64,000 nt of DNA from IMG/VR virus record IMGVR_UViG_3300021431_000088. One strand, written 5' to 3'. Source of the stretch: an uncultured virus (IMG/VR IMGVR_UViG_3300021431_000088) (lineage: Duplodnaviria; Heunggongvirae; Uroviricota; Caudoviricetes). Below are positions 33,814-43,973 of the stretch, one piece after another; the first letter of the stretch is position 1; every line of letters starts with the position of its first letter. The translations under genes were made by a program, and so were the position numbers. Under the pieces are notes generated by a model. It was not told where the DNA came from. It was given only the letters and a program-made list of their open reading frames with translations, and made no database searches.

Positions 33814-34240
33814 TCAATCGTTCCTTAATTTTATTTTCAAGTTTGTCCTTTCGGGCGCTAACCTTCATTCCAAGGTCATTGAAATCGGAGACAATATCCC
33901 CTAGATGACCATCAAGCATCTGAACAAACATGTTCGCGCGCTTGAAGAAGCTGCGATAGCATTTATCTTTCGCGCGGTTAAAAGCGATGAGCCGTCCAGT
34001 CTCTTCATCCCATTCATCCTCTTCTGAGCAAACAGCTTTGCCAACAAAGCTATTTGGCATAGCAAGATGTTTATCCTCGTAAATATACTCTAATCCGATA
34101 TGATAATTAAAGTCATGGAATCTAAAATTATCTACGATAAAATTAATAAGTAGGTCATGAGTTCCGGGAATTACGCATACCACGATGCGCGCGTCCTTAT
34201 TTACATAAAAATTACAATCACTCTGCTTAATGCCAATCAT
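33803..34240 (-). CDS. hypothetical protein
   Basis: AAGGAG RBS; GKAVCSEEDEWDEETGRLIAF.RA motif. Confidence 0.8.
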   Translation of the reverse strand: MIGIKQSDCNFYVNKDARIVVCVIPGTHDLLINFIVDNFRFHDFNYHIGLEYIYEDKHLAMPNSFVGKAVCSEEDEWDEETGRLIAFNRAKDKCYRSFFKRANMFVQMLDGHLGDIVSDFNDLGMKVSARKDKLENKIKERLNES

Positions 34241-34404
34241 AATATTCTCCTTTACAGTTTCATCCACTTCATTTTGCGGCAACAAGTACAACGATACAGC
34301 GCTTGAAGATTCCCATAGTAAACAGGTTTCCAATGATGTAGGTGAAACATTTATTATCTCCTTTTTTCTTTTATTATACTTGAAAACTCATTAAAAGTCA
34401 AATA

Positions 34405-34836
34405 TTAGTTAAAACTGCGTGCCTCAACAACATAACCGTTGCCATCAATAATAGAGCACATGTTCTGGGTTACTTCATCATTACCAAGGTCGGCCGCGAG
34501 AATAGCAAAATATCTCTTAATAGCTTCCTGATATTCCTTGAACTCGACTGAAGTGCTGCGTTGGCCATTTGCTACGCGTACACGAATGACGGCGTACTTG
34601 AAGGGATTTGGCGCAGGAATAAACTCGGTTGAAGCGGCATTAAACATAAAGGGATCAACGGCGTTCTTGCCATCTTCCTTTAGAATACCGCAGTATGCGT
34701 AGGTAACTTCAGCGTTATTCAAATCGGCCGCGATAATGGCGTGAAAACGAGCAAGGGCTTCGCGCAAAGTTGCTTTTTCTTCAATAGAATGCTGTTCAGT
34801 TTCGCCCTTGTAAAAAATACGAACTACCTGATACAT
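34405..34836 (-). CDS. hypothetical protein with internal duplication
   Basis: Two copies of EA..R...I.AADL.N.EVT...C.I....G. Confidence 0.8.
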   Translation of the reverse strand: MYQVVRIFYKGETEQHSIEEKATLREALARFHAIIAADLNNAEVTYAYCGILKEDGKNAVDPFMFNAASTEFIPAPNPFKYAVIRVRVANGQRSTSVEFKEYQEAIKRYFAILAADLGNDEVTQNMCSIIDGNGYVVEARSFN

Positions 34837-34849
34837 TGATAATTCCTCC

Positions 34850-35050
34850 TTAATAGATAAAAACATCTAAGTAATCAGGCTCAAGGCCCAAATTACAATT
34901 TAATATATCCTCGGCTTCAGTAATAGAGCCGTTATAAAAAGCATGTTCCAAGTCTCTTGCGGTTTCTTTAATCGCAATCATTGCTTCATTGAAGCTAATA
35001 TTGTCGCGCTTAGCAATCATTTCAGCAAGCTCATCCCAAGTGTGTGGCAT
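34850..35050 (-). CDS. hypothetical protein (66 aa)
   Basis: GGAGG RBS; LGLEPDY motif. Confidence 0.75.
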   Translation of the reverse strand: MPHTWDELAEMIAKRDNISFNEAMIAIKETARDLEHAFYNGSITEAEDILNCNLGLEPDYLDVFIY

Positions 35051-35291
35051 TTATATCCTCCCAACTTACTCTAATCATAGTGTCTTTTCCTTCATACTAT
35101 AAAATAGTTACGATATAGCCCAAACAGCGCAAGGCATCAATTACATTGGTTGTAATTTTGCCCGCGTAGATAATATGTTTGCCGCCATGCTAAATAGCAT
35201 CCCATATTCTTATCTCAATATGCTTATGGATAGAATAATCATCAGGAGTAAGAAGATGTGCTATTGCGGCGGCTTCACTCGCAGTTAGCAT
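35031..35291 (-). CDS. hypothetical protein (86 aa, 2 TAG)
   Basis: Fills the gap between neighbours only if TAG is sense. Confidence 0.65.
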
Positions 35292-35454
35292 CCTCCATTC
35301 CCTCCTTGTAGAAATCAAAAGCAACGGTTTCCCAATTTGAAAAAGAGTATCCACAAAAGGCGCAATAGGTTGGCATATTTTGAAGATTGAAGATTCTCAT
35401 ATGGCAATTGGCGCAATAATAAATATCATTGCGTTTTAAAATCTTCGATACCAT
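35275..35454 (-). CDS. zinc-finger protein
   Basis: CANC...CAFCG. Confidence 0.65.
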   Translation of the reverse strand: MVSKILKRNDIYYCANCHMRIFNLQNMPTYCAFCGYSFSNWETVAFDFYKEGMEDANCE

Positions 35455-35455
35455 A

Positions 35456-35902
35456 TTAGTCCCACAGGTGGTAGAAATGTTCTCCAATCTCATTTAGTGC
35501 CTGTTTAATATTATTTGCGCCCTGAACGTCCAGTTCATTCATACGAGCGAAGTATTGTTTAGTATCTTTCATACTAAACTCATTATGGGCTTCCTTGTAT
35601 TCCGTAGAGCCGCTTTCAAGTAAATCAGCTATTTTATAAAGCCAATCATGCCACTTTTCTGGCGTCTCAAACGGTTCAATTCCAGGATACGCACTCCCAT
35701 GATTAGCCAAGTAGCGGAACATTGTGGGCGCAGTACTCAAAAACCATTCGTCCCAATTCCACACATCACTATAAGTCCAACCATTAGTGGAACGGCGGAT
35801 TGCGGCGCCGATGTTCTGAAAGAGTTCGCGCGCCCATTTCCACGGATGGGTAAGGTAATAGCGGGTGGAATATGGGAAGTTCCAAACAGTCCACTTACTC
35901 AT
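35456..35902 (-). CDS. hypothetical Trp-rich protein (148 aa)
   Basis: GGAGG RBS; ORF. Confidence 0.8.
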   Translation of the reverse strand: MSKWTVWNFPYSTRYYLTHPWKWARELFQNIGAAIRRSTNGWTYSDVWNWDEWFLSTAPTMFRYLANHGSAYPGIEPFETPEKWHDWLYKIADLLESGSTEYKEAHNEFSMKDTKQYFARMNELDVQGANNIKQALNEIGEHFYHLWD

Positions 35903-35953
35903 ATGAAAATCCTCCTTTTCATATTCATATTATAGCAGGATTTGAGAAAAAAG

Positions 35954-37606
35954 TCAAACTATAATGCGATATTTTTCGCGCACCTTAGTAAGATATTGAG
36001 GCCATTGTTCCAAATCCTTTAATGTTGCTTGTTTTTCTACTATTGTGATGCCAATTTCATTAAAAATAGTAGTACAGCCGCGCAAGGAAGTAATTACGTG
36101 ACGCGACTTGTCTGTAATGTTGGCTTCCTTGAAGTCTTGAATAAGCGCGGTTTGCGCCGAACCTTTAAGCGGGACGCCCCTCCATCGTTCTGCTATTTCT
36201 AAAATAGTTTCACGTTGAGTAGCGATACGAAAATCACCACTATCGAGAAATTGCGGGTTCGCGCCCAAGTATGAATACATTTCCTGGACGGCTTCTTCCG
36301 TATTTCCCATTAGGCGCAAGTAATCGTGGTGATCGCGCAATAGGTGTAAGTAGGCTTGTTCATTTACCTGGTAAGTCTTTGAGCCGTCCTGACACTTATG
36401 TTCGGTAATATAGCGTACCTTAAATTGCGCGCCCTTCAGAACGCCAAATTGCTTCGCAAGTTCTACTTGATTTCCTTCGGCTTGTAATTTGCGGAAGTGC
36501 GCAAACATATCAGACTGGATTTGAAAGTCGCGTTGAGCCGAACTTGGATTAAAGATAATGAAAAGTTGATCAAGGTTGCCGCGAAAGCGCCCAACCTTTT
36601 GTCTAATTTCTACTTCCCCATATCCATCAATAATCATGTAGTCGATTTTGGGAAAAGTAAGAGACATACCTTCTTGGAGTGTATCGGTTACGATTAAAAT
36701 TGAAATGTCATTTGGGAGGTGTTCGTTGCGCAAGGCTTCGAACAATGATTCCTTGCCGTCCGCAATTCGCTGCTTGTCTGCTAGCGCTTGTAGGTCAGCA
36801 AGTGTTAAACCACTCTTACCATCACTTAATTCCAGAAGAAGATCTTTTGCGGCAATAGAGACTTGGTCTGTGTTTAAGGAGAGAGAAGTTTGGTTTGCGC
36901 GCGAAACAAGCATTGCTACTCCCTTTTTCGCATCAAGCAATTTAAAGTACCAATCCTTTACTTTGCTTGCGCTTTTGAGGAATACAATGCCGCGTCGGCC
37001 TTCCTGTTGCGCTAAAAAGTAATCGAGCGCAACATTCGTATTGCGTGTTTTTACAAACTGTATTTCCTTTACGTAGGTATTGCTTACGTATTTGGTAAAG
37101 TCCGGAAACAAGTAAATAAAGGAACAATCTTCAGCAAAGAATTGGCGCGAAAGGTCTTCAAAATACTCATCATTTGCTGTAATGAAGATGATATGGGTAT
37201 TTTTGCGGCCGCTCTTAATCCAATCGCCAATAATAGTGGTGTCTTCTGCAAAGGAAGCTTCGCTAAACAGGCCATGACACTCATCAATTACAACCCAGTC
37301 GTAATCTATGGTGCCGCGGTTTATCATGTTTGCGAAGCCCAAGCGTTGACATACATCAACTTCACCGTACTTATGGCGCAATTGCTCTACTGTAATGCTG
37401 CGGCTTTCCACTACTAGCATAGTTTGGAGATGTTGGAACTTATGATCCAACTCCTACAATACGCTTCTCATAATGGCGGTCGTTTTGCCAACGCCCGTCC
37501 CGCCATTCAATACCAAGAAGGTATTTAGATCGGATAGATCGGTTTTGCGCACAAGTTGAATAATATCCTCAACCGCAAACTCCTTTACTTGCTCATGTGT
37601 TCTCAT
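35954..37606 (-). CDS. SF2 (DExH) helicase, possibly origin-binding, 550 aa, 1 TAG
   Basis: Walker A GGTGVGKT separated by one TAG (37454) from DECH, TAN, TDTLQEG and Q.VGR.R motifs. Confidence 0.88.
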
Positions 37607-37924
37607 GGTTGCTCTCCTTAACTTTCGGGATTTCGCTTCGCGCGTATCTAATAAAAGGAATAGATTGCGCACGAAAATGAAACTCCTCTTAACATATAGT
37701 ATCTCCCTTACCCTTATAGTATAACATAATTTTTAGGGGAAGTCAATTTTTTATTCAAAACGTAATTTCAGGTAGTTATAGTAGCTGTACCGGGCGCAAA
37801 AACCTAACTCAATCACGAAGCAAGAGTTGCGCCGACTGGCGTCGGCGCTTTGCTCGGACGCTTCGCGTCCTCGCAAGATTTGGGATATAAAGAGGTAATT
37901 ATGGGATGGGAGTATATGGTAGGG

Positions 37925-38062
37925 AATGAAAATGAAATTACGGGAAATGAAAATGAAATTGCGGGATTACTATATATAGTATGAAATGAAAATGAAATTG
38001 CGGGATTTGAAAATGAAATTGCCTTCTCATAGGAATAAGATAGGAATGAAAATGAAATTGCG
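37925..38062 (+). repeat. five direct repeats (A)ATGAAAATGAAATTRC
   Basis: Copies at about 37926, 37946, 37985, 38008 and 38045. Confidence 0.9.
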
Positions 38063-38656
38063 TTATATTCGCGCGCGAAACTCTGGCTTTATTTTCTATA
38101 TATACTATACTGCTTCTTGTAATGTATTATAAATAATATAGGAAGATGGTTGGATCGTATACATTACCTATTGGGGTAATATTGGTGTCCCATCGGCTCC
38201 TACCTCTACTTCCTTGACTGCGAATTGGCGGTCATTATGGAGGAAGGTTAGTATGGAATGCGTGCGGTCGAATCCATCATACTTATTGTAGGTATCAATA
38301 ATGTAGGACAAAAAATCATCTCCGAGGGAAAACTTTCATAAGTGTGCTCAAATAAAAATACGTACCTCCAATCACAGTAAATAGGAGGTAGGGAAGGGGA
38401 AGTAGAATGGGAGAGTTTTTGATCGGAGGGCCCGTATCCTTGTCGGGGAGGGTCGTCGGGCCACTCCGACCGATAGGAGGGTTGATATGAGATGGACCGT
38501 CCATACCATAATCTCCCAACTTTGTCAAAAGATTGATTAAAAATACTTGAAAATACATTATTTCTCTTTTTTTCTTCTATTATACCACGAAAATTGTAAA
38601 AAGTCAAATATTAGGATGTAATAGTCAAATGTTTGACTGGTTATCGACCCTAAAAT

Positions 38657-38718
38657 TTTGACCCCTTATCGGGCGCGTTTGTAATATATATAACAACTGC
38701 GCCTGATAAGGGGTCAAA
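38657..38718. repeat. 62-bp imperfect palindrome with AT-rich centre
   Basis: TTTGACCCCTTATCGGGCGC...TAATATATATAA...GCGCCTGATAAGGGGTCAAA. Confidence 0.9.
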
Positions 38719-38940
38719 CACTTGACTTTTAGCATGTGATAATGGTTTGCTCGAAAAATAGACCAAAGTTTTTACTATGGTTTACGGATAGAGTTCGCTT
38801 TATGCGCCTGATACCGATAATACCCGAGTTTTTGCGCGCGGCTATTTATCAAACGCGCCTGAAAAAGGGGATGATTTTTTGAATAAAAATAAAAATGACT
38901 GGCAGGACGGGCCAGTCATTTATGATAGTTTGCGCGCAAA

Positions 38941-39159
38941 TTAGTAATGGATAACAAGGTTTTCATCTATAAAATAATTACCATCATAGTTCGCGCAAAG
39001 GTCAAGATCGGTGTACCAGTTGACTTCATAGTCGCCTTCGTCCTTTCCAGCCATAGCTGCACGGGCGCGCTCCGCGTCTTCCTCGGAAGCGTACAGCTGG
39101 TCATTAACAATCAGTTCACAGTCAGTGCTGCCAACGTAATCTACAGCCCAGTACTTCAT
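38941..39159 (-). CDS. acidic hypothetical protein
   Basis: ORF with GAGG RBS. Confidence 0.7.
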   Translation of the reverse strand: MKYWAVDYVGSTDCELIVNDQLYASEEDAERARAAMAGKDEGDYEVNWYTDLDLCANYDGNYFIDENLVIHY

Positions 39160-39182
39160 ACTTTCTTCCTCACTTTCTTTTT

Positions 39183-39259
39183 TGGTGGGTCGCAATGGAT
39201 TTGAACCACCGGCCTCACGCTTATCAGGCGTGTGCTCTAACCAACTGAGCTAGCGACCC
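39183..39259 (-). tRNA. tRNA-Ile(GAT)
   Basis: CACGC-CTGATAA-GCGTG; CCA. Confidence 0.95.
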
Positions 39260-39297
39260 AAAATCTCCCCAATTTGGGGAGACAAGGAGATGATACC

Positions 39298-39783
39298 TTA
39301 GCCCTTAGAGTAGTGCTTCTTCTTCTTCTCGTCAAGAGTAAGAGTAAGCACACCGCGCTCCACGAGACGCTTCGCGGCGGAACCAACTGCCATTCGAGTC
39401 ATCTTGCTATCCAGCTTGTCAGCTAGCGCATTATAAATGTCAGTAGCGGTATAGTTGGTAAAAGCAGGCATATTGGCGATTAGGTTATCAAGATTCTGGC
39501 GCCGAGCCTCAGCTTCTGGGTTGGGGCCAGCTACATGAGCGGGCTTGCTTGCGCGCTCAGCTTCCTTCAGCGCATTCTCAGCTTCCCAAGCCTTATATTC
39601 TGACTTAGCAGCTTCGAAGTTGAAAGCCTTATAACGCTTAGTATCTTCAGCAAGCGCAAGGCTAATAGAAACCTTTACCACGCCCTCATCGGTAGGGATC
39701 GCAATAAAGTTCACCTTATTGGCGCGGCACTTCTCGGCGCCCTCAAGGCTCATTACCATAGAAAGGACATCATTCTTAGTCAT
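39298..39783 (-). CDS. protein with C-terminal winged-helix-like domain
   Basis: YTATDIYNAL...TRMAVGSAAKRLVERG.L; AGGAGG RBS. Confidence 0.8.
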   Translation of the reverse strand: MTKNDVLSMVMSLEGAEKCRANKVNFIAIPTDEGVVKVSISLALAEDTKRYKAFNFEAAKSEYKAWEAENALKEAERASKPAHVAGPNPEAEARRQNLDNLIANMPAFTNYTATDIYNALADKLDSKMTRMAVGSAAKRLVERGVLTLTLDEKKKKHYSKG

Positions 39784-39857
39784 ATTTCCTCCTTTGTACA
39801 TGCGGTTTTCGATTTACGGCAGGCCGCGAACTGCAACAATTTTTTAAGTTGTAGAAA

Positions 39858-40058
39858 TTACATCAGGTCATACATCTTCATGATGCGCTCAACTCGCACA
39901 AGGTCGGATGCGCGCACAGTGATCGGGACGGCAAGATGATCTGCCACCTTATGGATGTCGCCAATGGCGCACCCTACGCGATCAACAATACAGTTAATAA
40001 TGTAGCGACCGATTTTATCAGCAGGGAAGTAATAAGTACGTTCTACCATCTTAATCAT
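39858..40058 (-). CDS. hypothetical protein
   Basis: GAGGAGG RBS. Confidence 0.7.
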   Translation of the reverse strand: MIKMVERTYYFPADKIGRYIINCIVDRVGCAIGDIHKVADHLAVPITVRASDLVRVERIMKMYDLM

Positions 40059-40224
40059 CCTCCTCAATCACTTCATGCCAAGTATACACGCGTCTGAAGT
40101 TCGGGTCGTTCTTTTCTGCTTCTACGCATAGCTCTTCTGCGGCAGCCATGCTGTGGCATACTGCGTAGAAAACATCTACAACGCCCTCGTGAGTTTCACC
40201 GACTACGACATAGGCTCGTCTCAT
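40051..40224 (-). CDS. hypothetical protein
   Basis: Promoter plus AAGGAG RBS. Confidence 0.7.
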   Translation of the reverse strand: MRRAYVVVGETHEGVVDVFYAVCHSMAAAEELCVEAEKNDPNFRRVYTWHEVIEEDD

Positions 40225-40304
40225 TATTTTCTCCTTTCTCTTTTCTACGTCTATATTATACACGAAAATTGCGCGAAAGTCAAATATTGGGAATTGGTAA
40301 GATT

Positions 40305-40606
40305 TTCCAGCTGGCCAGACCCAGCTTGTTTGGGGATTCCAATTTTAGAATTGGGATGCGAGAAACGAGTCGCCGCAGGAAAATGAAAGTAGATTGTGGT
40401 TATTGACTGGCCGGCCAGTTCCAGCTTGCGCGCTCCCAGCTCGCAACTTGCCGCGACCTTTCCCAGCTCGCACCCAGCTTGCCTTCCAGCTCGCCCCGTT
40501 CCAGCTCGTCCCAGCATAAGGTTCCAGCTCGCACGGCCCTTCATATAATATAAGTCCAGCTTCCAGCTCGTAAGGTTCCAGCTTCCAGCTTCCCAGCTCG
40601 CAGCTT
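40305..40606 (+). repeat. cluster of about 15 same-orientation CCAGCT(C/T) motifs
   Basis: Irregularly spaced TTCCAGCTCG/CCCAGCTTG units in a non-coding gap. Confidence 0.85.
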
Positions 40607-40843
40607 ATATGGATATATATAATATATAAAGCGCCTTACGCTGTAAGGCGCCGCCGGTATTATTGAGATGATTGAAAGAAAGCGGGTGGATCAGGTGGAA
40701 GATTTTACCAGATTGATAAAAAATTGTCAATCGAGGGGCTTGACTTGCGCGGGAAGGCGTGATATAATAGAATGGGGGAGAAGATGGGTATGGGCTGGCC
40801 GGCCAATTTTAGCCGGCTGGATTCTGGCCGGCCTGACCGAGGA

Positions 40844-41014
40844 TCAGGAATTATCCCAATCCTCGTTCACAAGTTCGTAAGACTGCCAAAGCTTGCCTTC
40901 GAAATCACAGTTAGAGCACTTAACGCGCCAGAGCACGTCGTAGTTATGACCCATCCAGTATTCATCCAGTTGATCTTCGAACTCCAATTCATTACCGCAG
41001 TTAGGGCACTTCAT
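40844..41014 (-). CDS. zinc-ribbon protein
   Basis: CPNCG...CSNC. Confidence 0.75.
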   Translation of the reverse strand: MKCPNCGNELEFEDQLDEYWMGHNYDVLWRVKCSNCDFEGKLWQSYELVNEDWDNS

Positions 41015-41030
41015 GTTTGTATTTCTCCTT

Positions 41031-41447
41031 TCAAATGAAGTCTTTCTCAAAGGTGTCAATGATGGGAAGATGCGAGGGGTCGTTGAGCCAAGCAATCGCC
41101 CAGTTGGTAGCGGCCATTTCATGGGGAATCCTAAAGTATGCCGCGCCAGTTATGTCCTTATAGTCATTGTAATCTGCCGCGATGAATACTTCTTTGGTGA
41201 AGAAGTGTCCCAATTCGTGGAGAATAGTGAGAGCAATGTCAGAGTAAGCGGCGGCAAGCGGGCAACGTGAGATAAAGTCTGCGCGGAAAGCTACATCATC
41301 GGCATCGTTCTCAAAGAGATCGTGCGGAATATGTAAGCGCGGTTTCTTTTCCCAAACATTCATACTCCATGCGTCATCTTTGATGATGATAACGTGAGTA
41401 TTTGCGGCGGCATCCGCGAACTTGCGAATGGCTTGTAGGTGGGTCAT
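41031..41447 (-). CDS. HEXXH zinc metallopeptidase (ImmA/IrrE-like)
   Basis: ILHELGH...HEMAA.NWA. Confidence 0.75.
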   Translation of the reverse strand: MTHLQAIRKFADAAANTHVIIIKDDAWSMNVWEKKPRLHIPHDLFENDADDVAFRADFISRCPLAAAYSDIALTILHELGHFFTKEVFIAADYNDYKDITGAAYFRIPHEMAATNWAIAWLNDPSHLPIIDTFEKDFI

Positions 41448-41667
41448 TTCACTTCTCTCCCTTCAACTCCTTAATGAACTTCTCGGTATCCCATTCCTCG
41501 TTCTTCATCCTGCGAAGAATCTCTTGATTTTCAATCATCAGTTGCTCGATCGTCATCGTTCATTTCCTCCCTTCAACACCCTTAGTATATCAAATAATAT
41601 GTTAAAAGTCAACTACCAAATTGTTAAGATTCTGTTAAATCTTTTGGCCGGCCGAAATGGAGGGTAG

Positions 41668-41910
41668 TTAACTCTCCATAAGGTCGAACATTGAGATCTG
41701 ATAAGGTTCGGTGGGTGCCACATCGGGTTCGATGTAATGGCCTTGTAGTTTGTAGGTATATGTTATGACAAAACTGCCTTTACACCGCAAGCATTTACAG
41801 TACCACGACCGCTGTCCAAAATCGTCCATAAAATCCGTATCAGAATCATCAGCCACGTAGTCCTTGCTACCGCAGTAGGGGCACTTTTCATCTTCAAACA
41901 TTACTTTCAT
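41668..41910 (-). CDS. zinc-ribbon protein
   Basis: CPYCGS...CLRC. Confidence 0.7.
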   Translation of the reverse strand: MKVMFEDEKCPYCGSKDYVADDSDTDFMDDFGQRSWYCKCLRCKGSFVITYTYKLQGHYIEPDVAPTEPYQISMFDLMES

Positions 41911-42072
41911 CCTCACTTTCACAGGGTTCGACACCCTCAATATCGAATACAAAGTTATCAATGTCTGCGGTATTATGGAACGTGATCTGCCTAAAAGCAA
42001 GTTCTATTGCCTGATCTTCCGTCTGGGCGCGAACGCGGCAATAGCCATTGAAATCGATCCAATACTGATTCA

Positions 42073-42420
42073 TTAGGCGTTCGCCTCCTTTTCCTTGGCG
42101 GCGGTCTCACGCCGCTCCTTATCCTTGGCGATCTTAGCCGCACGCTTCTGCGCCTTCTCGGCCTTTTCCGCCTGCTTCTCATTGTACTTGGCGATCTCGG
42201 AAGCCATCAGTTCCTCGGCGGTCATGTCCTCGCGCTCCTCGGCAACAATCGCGCCGATACGCACATAGCGGGTATGACCATTCAGGTCAGTCAGAATAAT
42301 ACCAAACTGGCGGTCATTCACACGAGAGAACGCGCCCGCGTCAACCTGCGCAATGTCCAGAATGTTGAATACCTGATCGCGCAGAGCCTTGTCAACAACC
42401 GCCTTAGAGATTTCAGCCAT
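42073..42420 (-). CDS. hypothetical protein with Lys/Ala-rich tail (related to 48920-49324)
   Basis: SKA.....LR; D..G....V.I; AKIAKD.. shared. Confidence 0.8.
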   Translation of the reverse strand: MAEISKAVVDKALRDQVFNILDIAQVDAGAFSRVNDRQFGIILTDLNGHTRYVRIGAIVAEEREDMTAEELMASEIAKYNEKQAEKAEKAQKRAAKIAKDKERRETAAKEKEANA

Positions 42421-42626
42421 GTGAGTTTCCTTTCTGGTTTTCTTAGTGTTTTCCTTCACTTTCTGATAAGAGTATATCATAAGTTTTGACTTTTGTCAAT
42501 CCTTAAATTAAAGTTATTTTTTTAACAATCTGCGGCCGGCCAGATTAGTCTACACTAACTCCATAAATGGAAAGGGGCCCGCCTGCGGGGCGGGCTTGGA
42601 GGAAAGAAAGGAAGGAAGGTTTGGTG

Positions 42627-42699
42627 TGCCCCAGGCGGGAATCGAACCCGCGACACACGGATTAAAAGTCCGTTGCGCTACCAACTGCGCTACTGGAGC
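42627..42699 (-). tRNA. tRNA-Lys(TTT)
   Basis: ACGGA-CTTTTAA-TCCGT. Confidence 0.95.
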
Positions 42700-42776
42700 A
42701 TATGCCGCGCTTAATCCTCCGTTGTTCTGCGCGGCCGCGTGCGCCATTACTCTCCACGCAACCCGTTTGGGAAGGC

Positions 42777-43115
42777 TTACGCCTTCCGATAGGTGTTGGG
42801 CTTACCCTCGATCTTCACGATCTCGTCCTTCCACAGATGGGACAGAGCATACTGTACCTTGCTACGGGTGATACCTTCGGGCAGTTCATCCTCGATGGCA
42901 TCGAAGATTTCGCCGCAAGTCGCAGGTTCGTCAGCCAGCGCGCCGATCACGATGTCATGAATCGCGTCATACGCTTCGGCGTTCTTCGCCTTGATGGTGG
43001 CAGTCTTGTTCATTTCCTTCTCGACCGCCGCAATCGCTTCCGCGATAGCTTCGGGAGTGTTGGTGCCATTGCCAGTCAGAGCGGTGTAGATGGTGGACAG
43101 AGTGTTCTTAGTCAT
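42777..43115 (-). CDS. winged-helix-like protein, paralog 1 of 3
   Basis: T.GEI.DAIE..LP.G.T..KVQYA...LW..E..K.EGK.NTY. Confidence 0.85.
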   Translation of the reverse strand: MTKNTLSTIYTALTGNGTNTPEAIAEAIAAVEKEMNKTATIKAKNAEAYDAIHDIVIGALADEPATCGEIFDAIEDELPEGITRSKVQYALSHLWKDEIVKIEGKPNTYRKA

Positions 43116-43581
43116 GGTAAGTTCCTTTCTGGTTTGTGGTGTTTTCCTTCACCTTTCGTATTCATTATACCACGTTTGTGGTCTAATGTCAAGTGTTTGT
43201 CGCAACTTTTTTCGTAGCAGGGAAAGTTGCGGAAACCTGTCCGCTTCCTCTCTTTGGGATTACAAGAGATTTCACGGCGACCCGTCAGTTCTCACCTCTC
43301 AAAGTCCATCCCTTACTGGGAACATCCTTATTATAGCACAGGATTTGCTGTTTGTCAAGGGTTTAGGAGGATTTTGTGCCACATTTTCCTGCTTGCTTCC
43401 ATTTGGCGCCTTCGGAACGAGCATTTCCTTCTGTTGGGTACTCACTCCCTTGCCCTCCTGACATTTTCTATTATACTCATATTCGGCAAAAAGTCAACAC
43501 CTTTTTCAGAAAAAAGTTTGTGAAGATTTTAACAAGCGGGCCGGCTAATCAGTTCGGCCGGCGCGAAAAGGTTAAATTGCT

Positions 43582-43770
43582 TTAACCTTTTCGGAGTTCC
43601 ATTATTACATTCATATACTCTTCATCGGTAAACTCTTCAATCGCGTTGTTGATAATTTCCTGCGCGAGGATCAGACGTTTCAGATACGCCATATCATTGG
43701 GGCAATCGGTCAGAATATCAATGAGTGCCTTATGAAGGTATGCTTTTTCTTTTCTGTCTTGTACTTTCAT
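43582..43770 (-). CDS. hypothetical protein
   Basis: Coupled to upstream ORF. Confidence 0.65.
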   Translation of the reverse strand: MKVQDRKEKAYLHKALIDILTDCPNDMAYLKRLILAQEIINNAIEEFTDEEYMNVIMELRKG

Positions 43771-43973
43771 TCCTCATTGTCCTCCATTTTCCTCATAATT
43801 CTTTTGGCTTCTTTTTCGTTCACTTTTTCTGCCATTTTTAGCCATATCTGTTGTAAGATTTGGTATTCTTTTTGTTTAGGAGTGTGAGAGATATTACAAG
43901 GAATGGTGCCTTCATTATCAAAATAGGCACATTCGATCGCGTCCATTTCTTCTTGTGTAAACTTAATTTTCAT
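43767..43973 (-). CDS. hypothetical protein
   Basis: Coupled ORF. Confidence 0.65.
   Translation of the reverse strand: MKIKFTQEEMDAIECAYFDNEGTIPCNISHTPKQKEYQILQQIWLKMAEKVNEKEAKRIMRKMEDNEE

Noticed and set aside
38248..38607. ORFs inside the origin-like block
   Set aside because: No RBS, starts overlap promoter sequence, and composition is not protein-like; a short peptide cannot be excluded.
40251..40544. 97-aa ORF over the CCAGCT repeats
   Set aside because: Low-complexity translation of the DNA repeat, runs through a promoter, no RBS.
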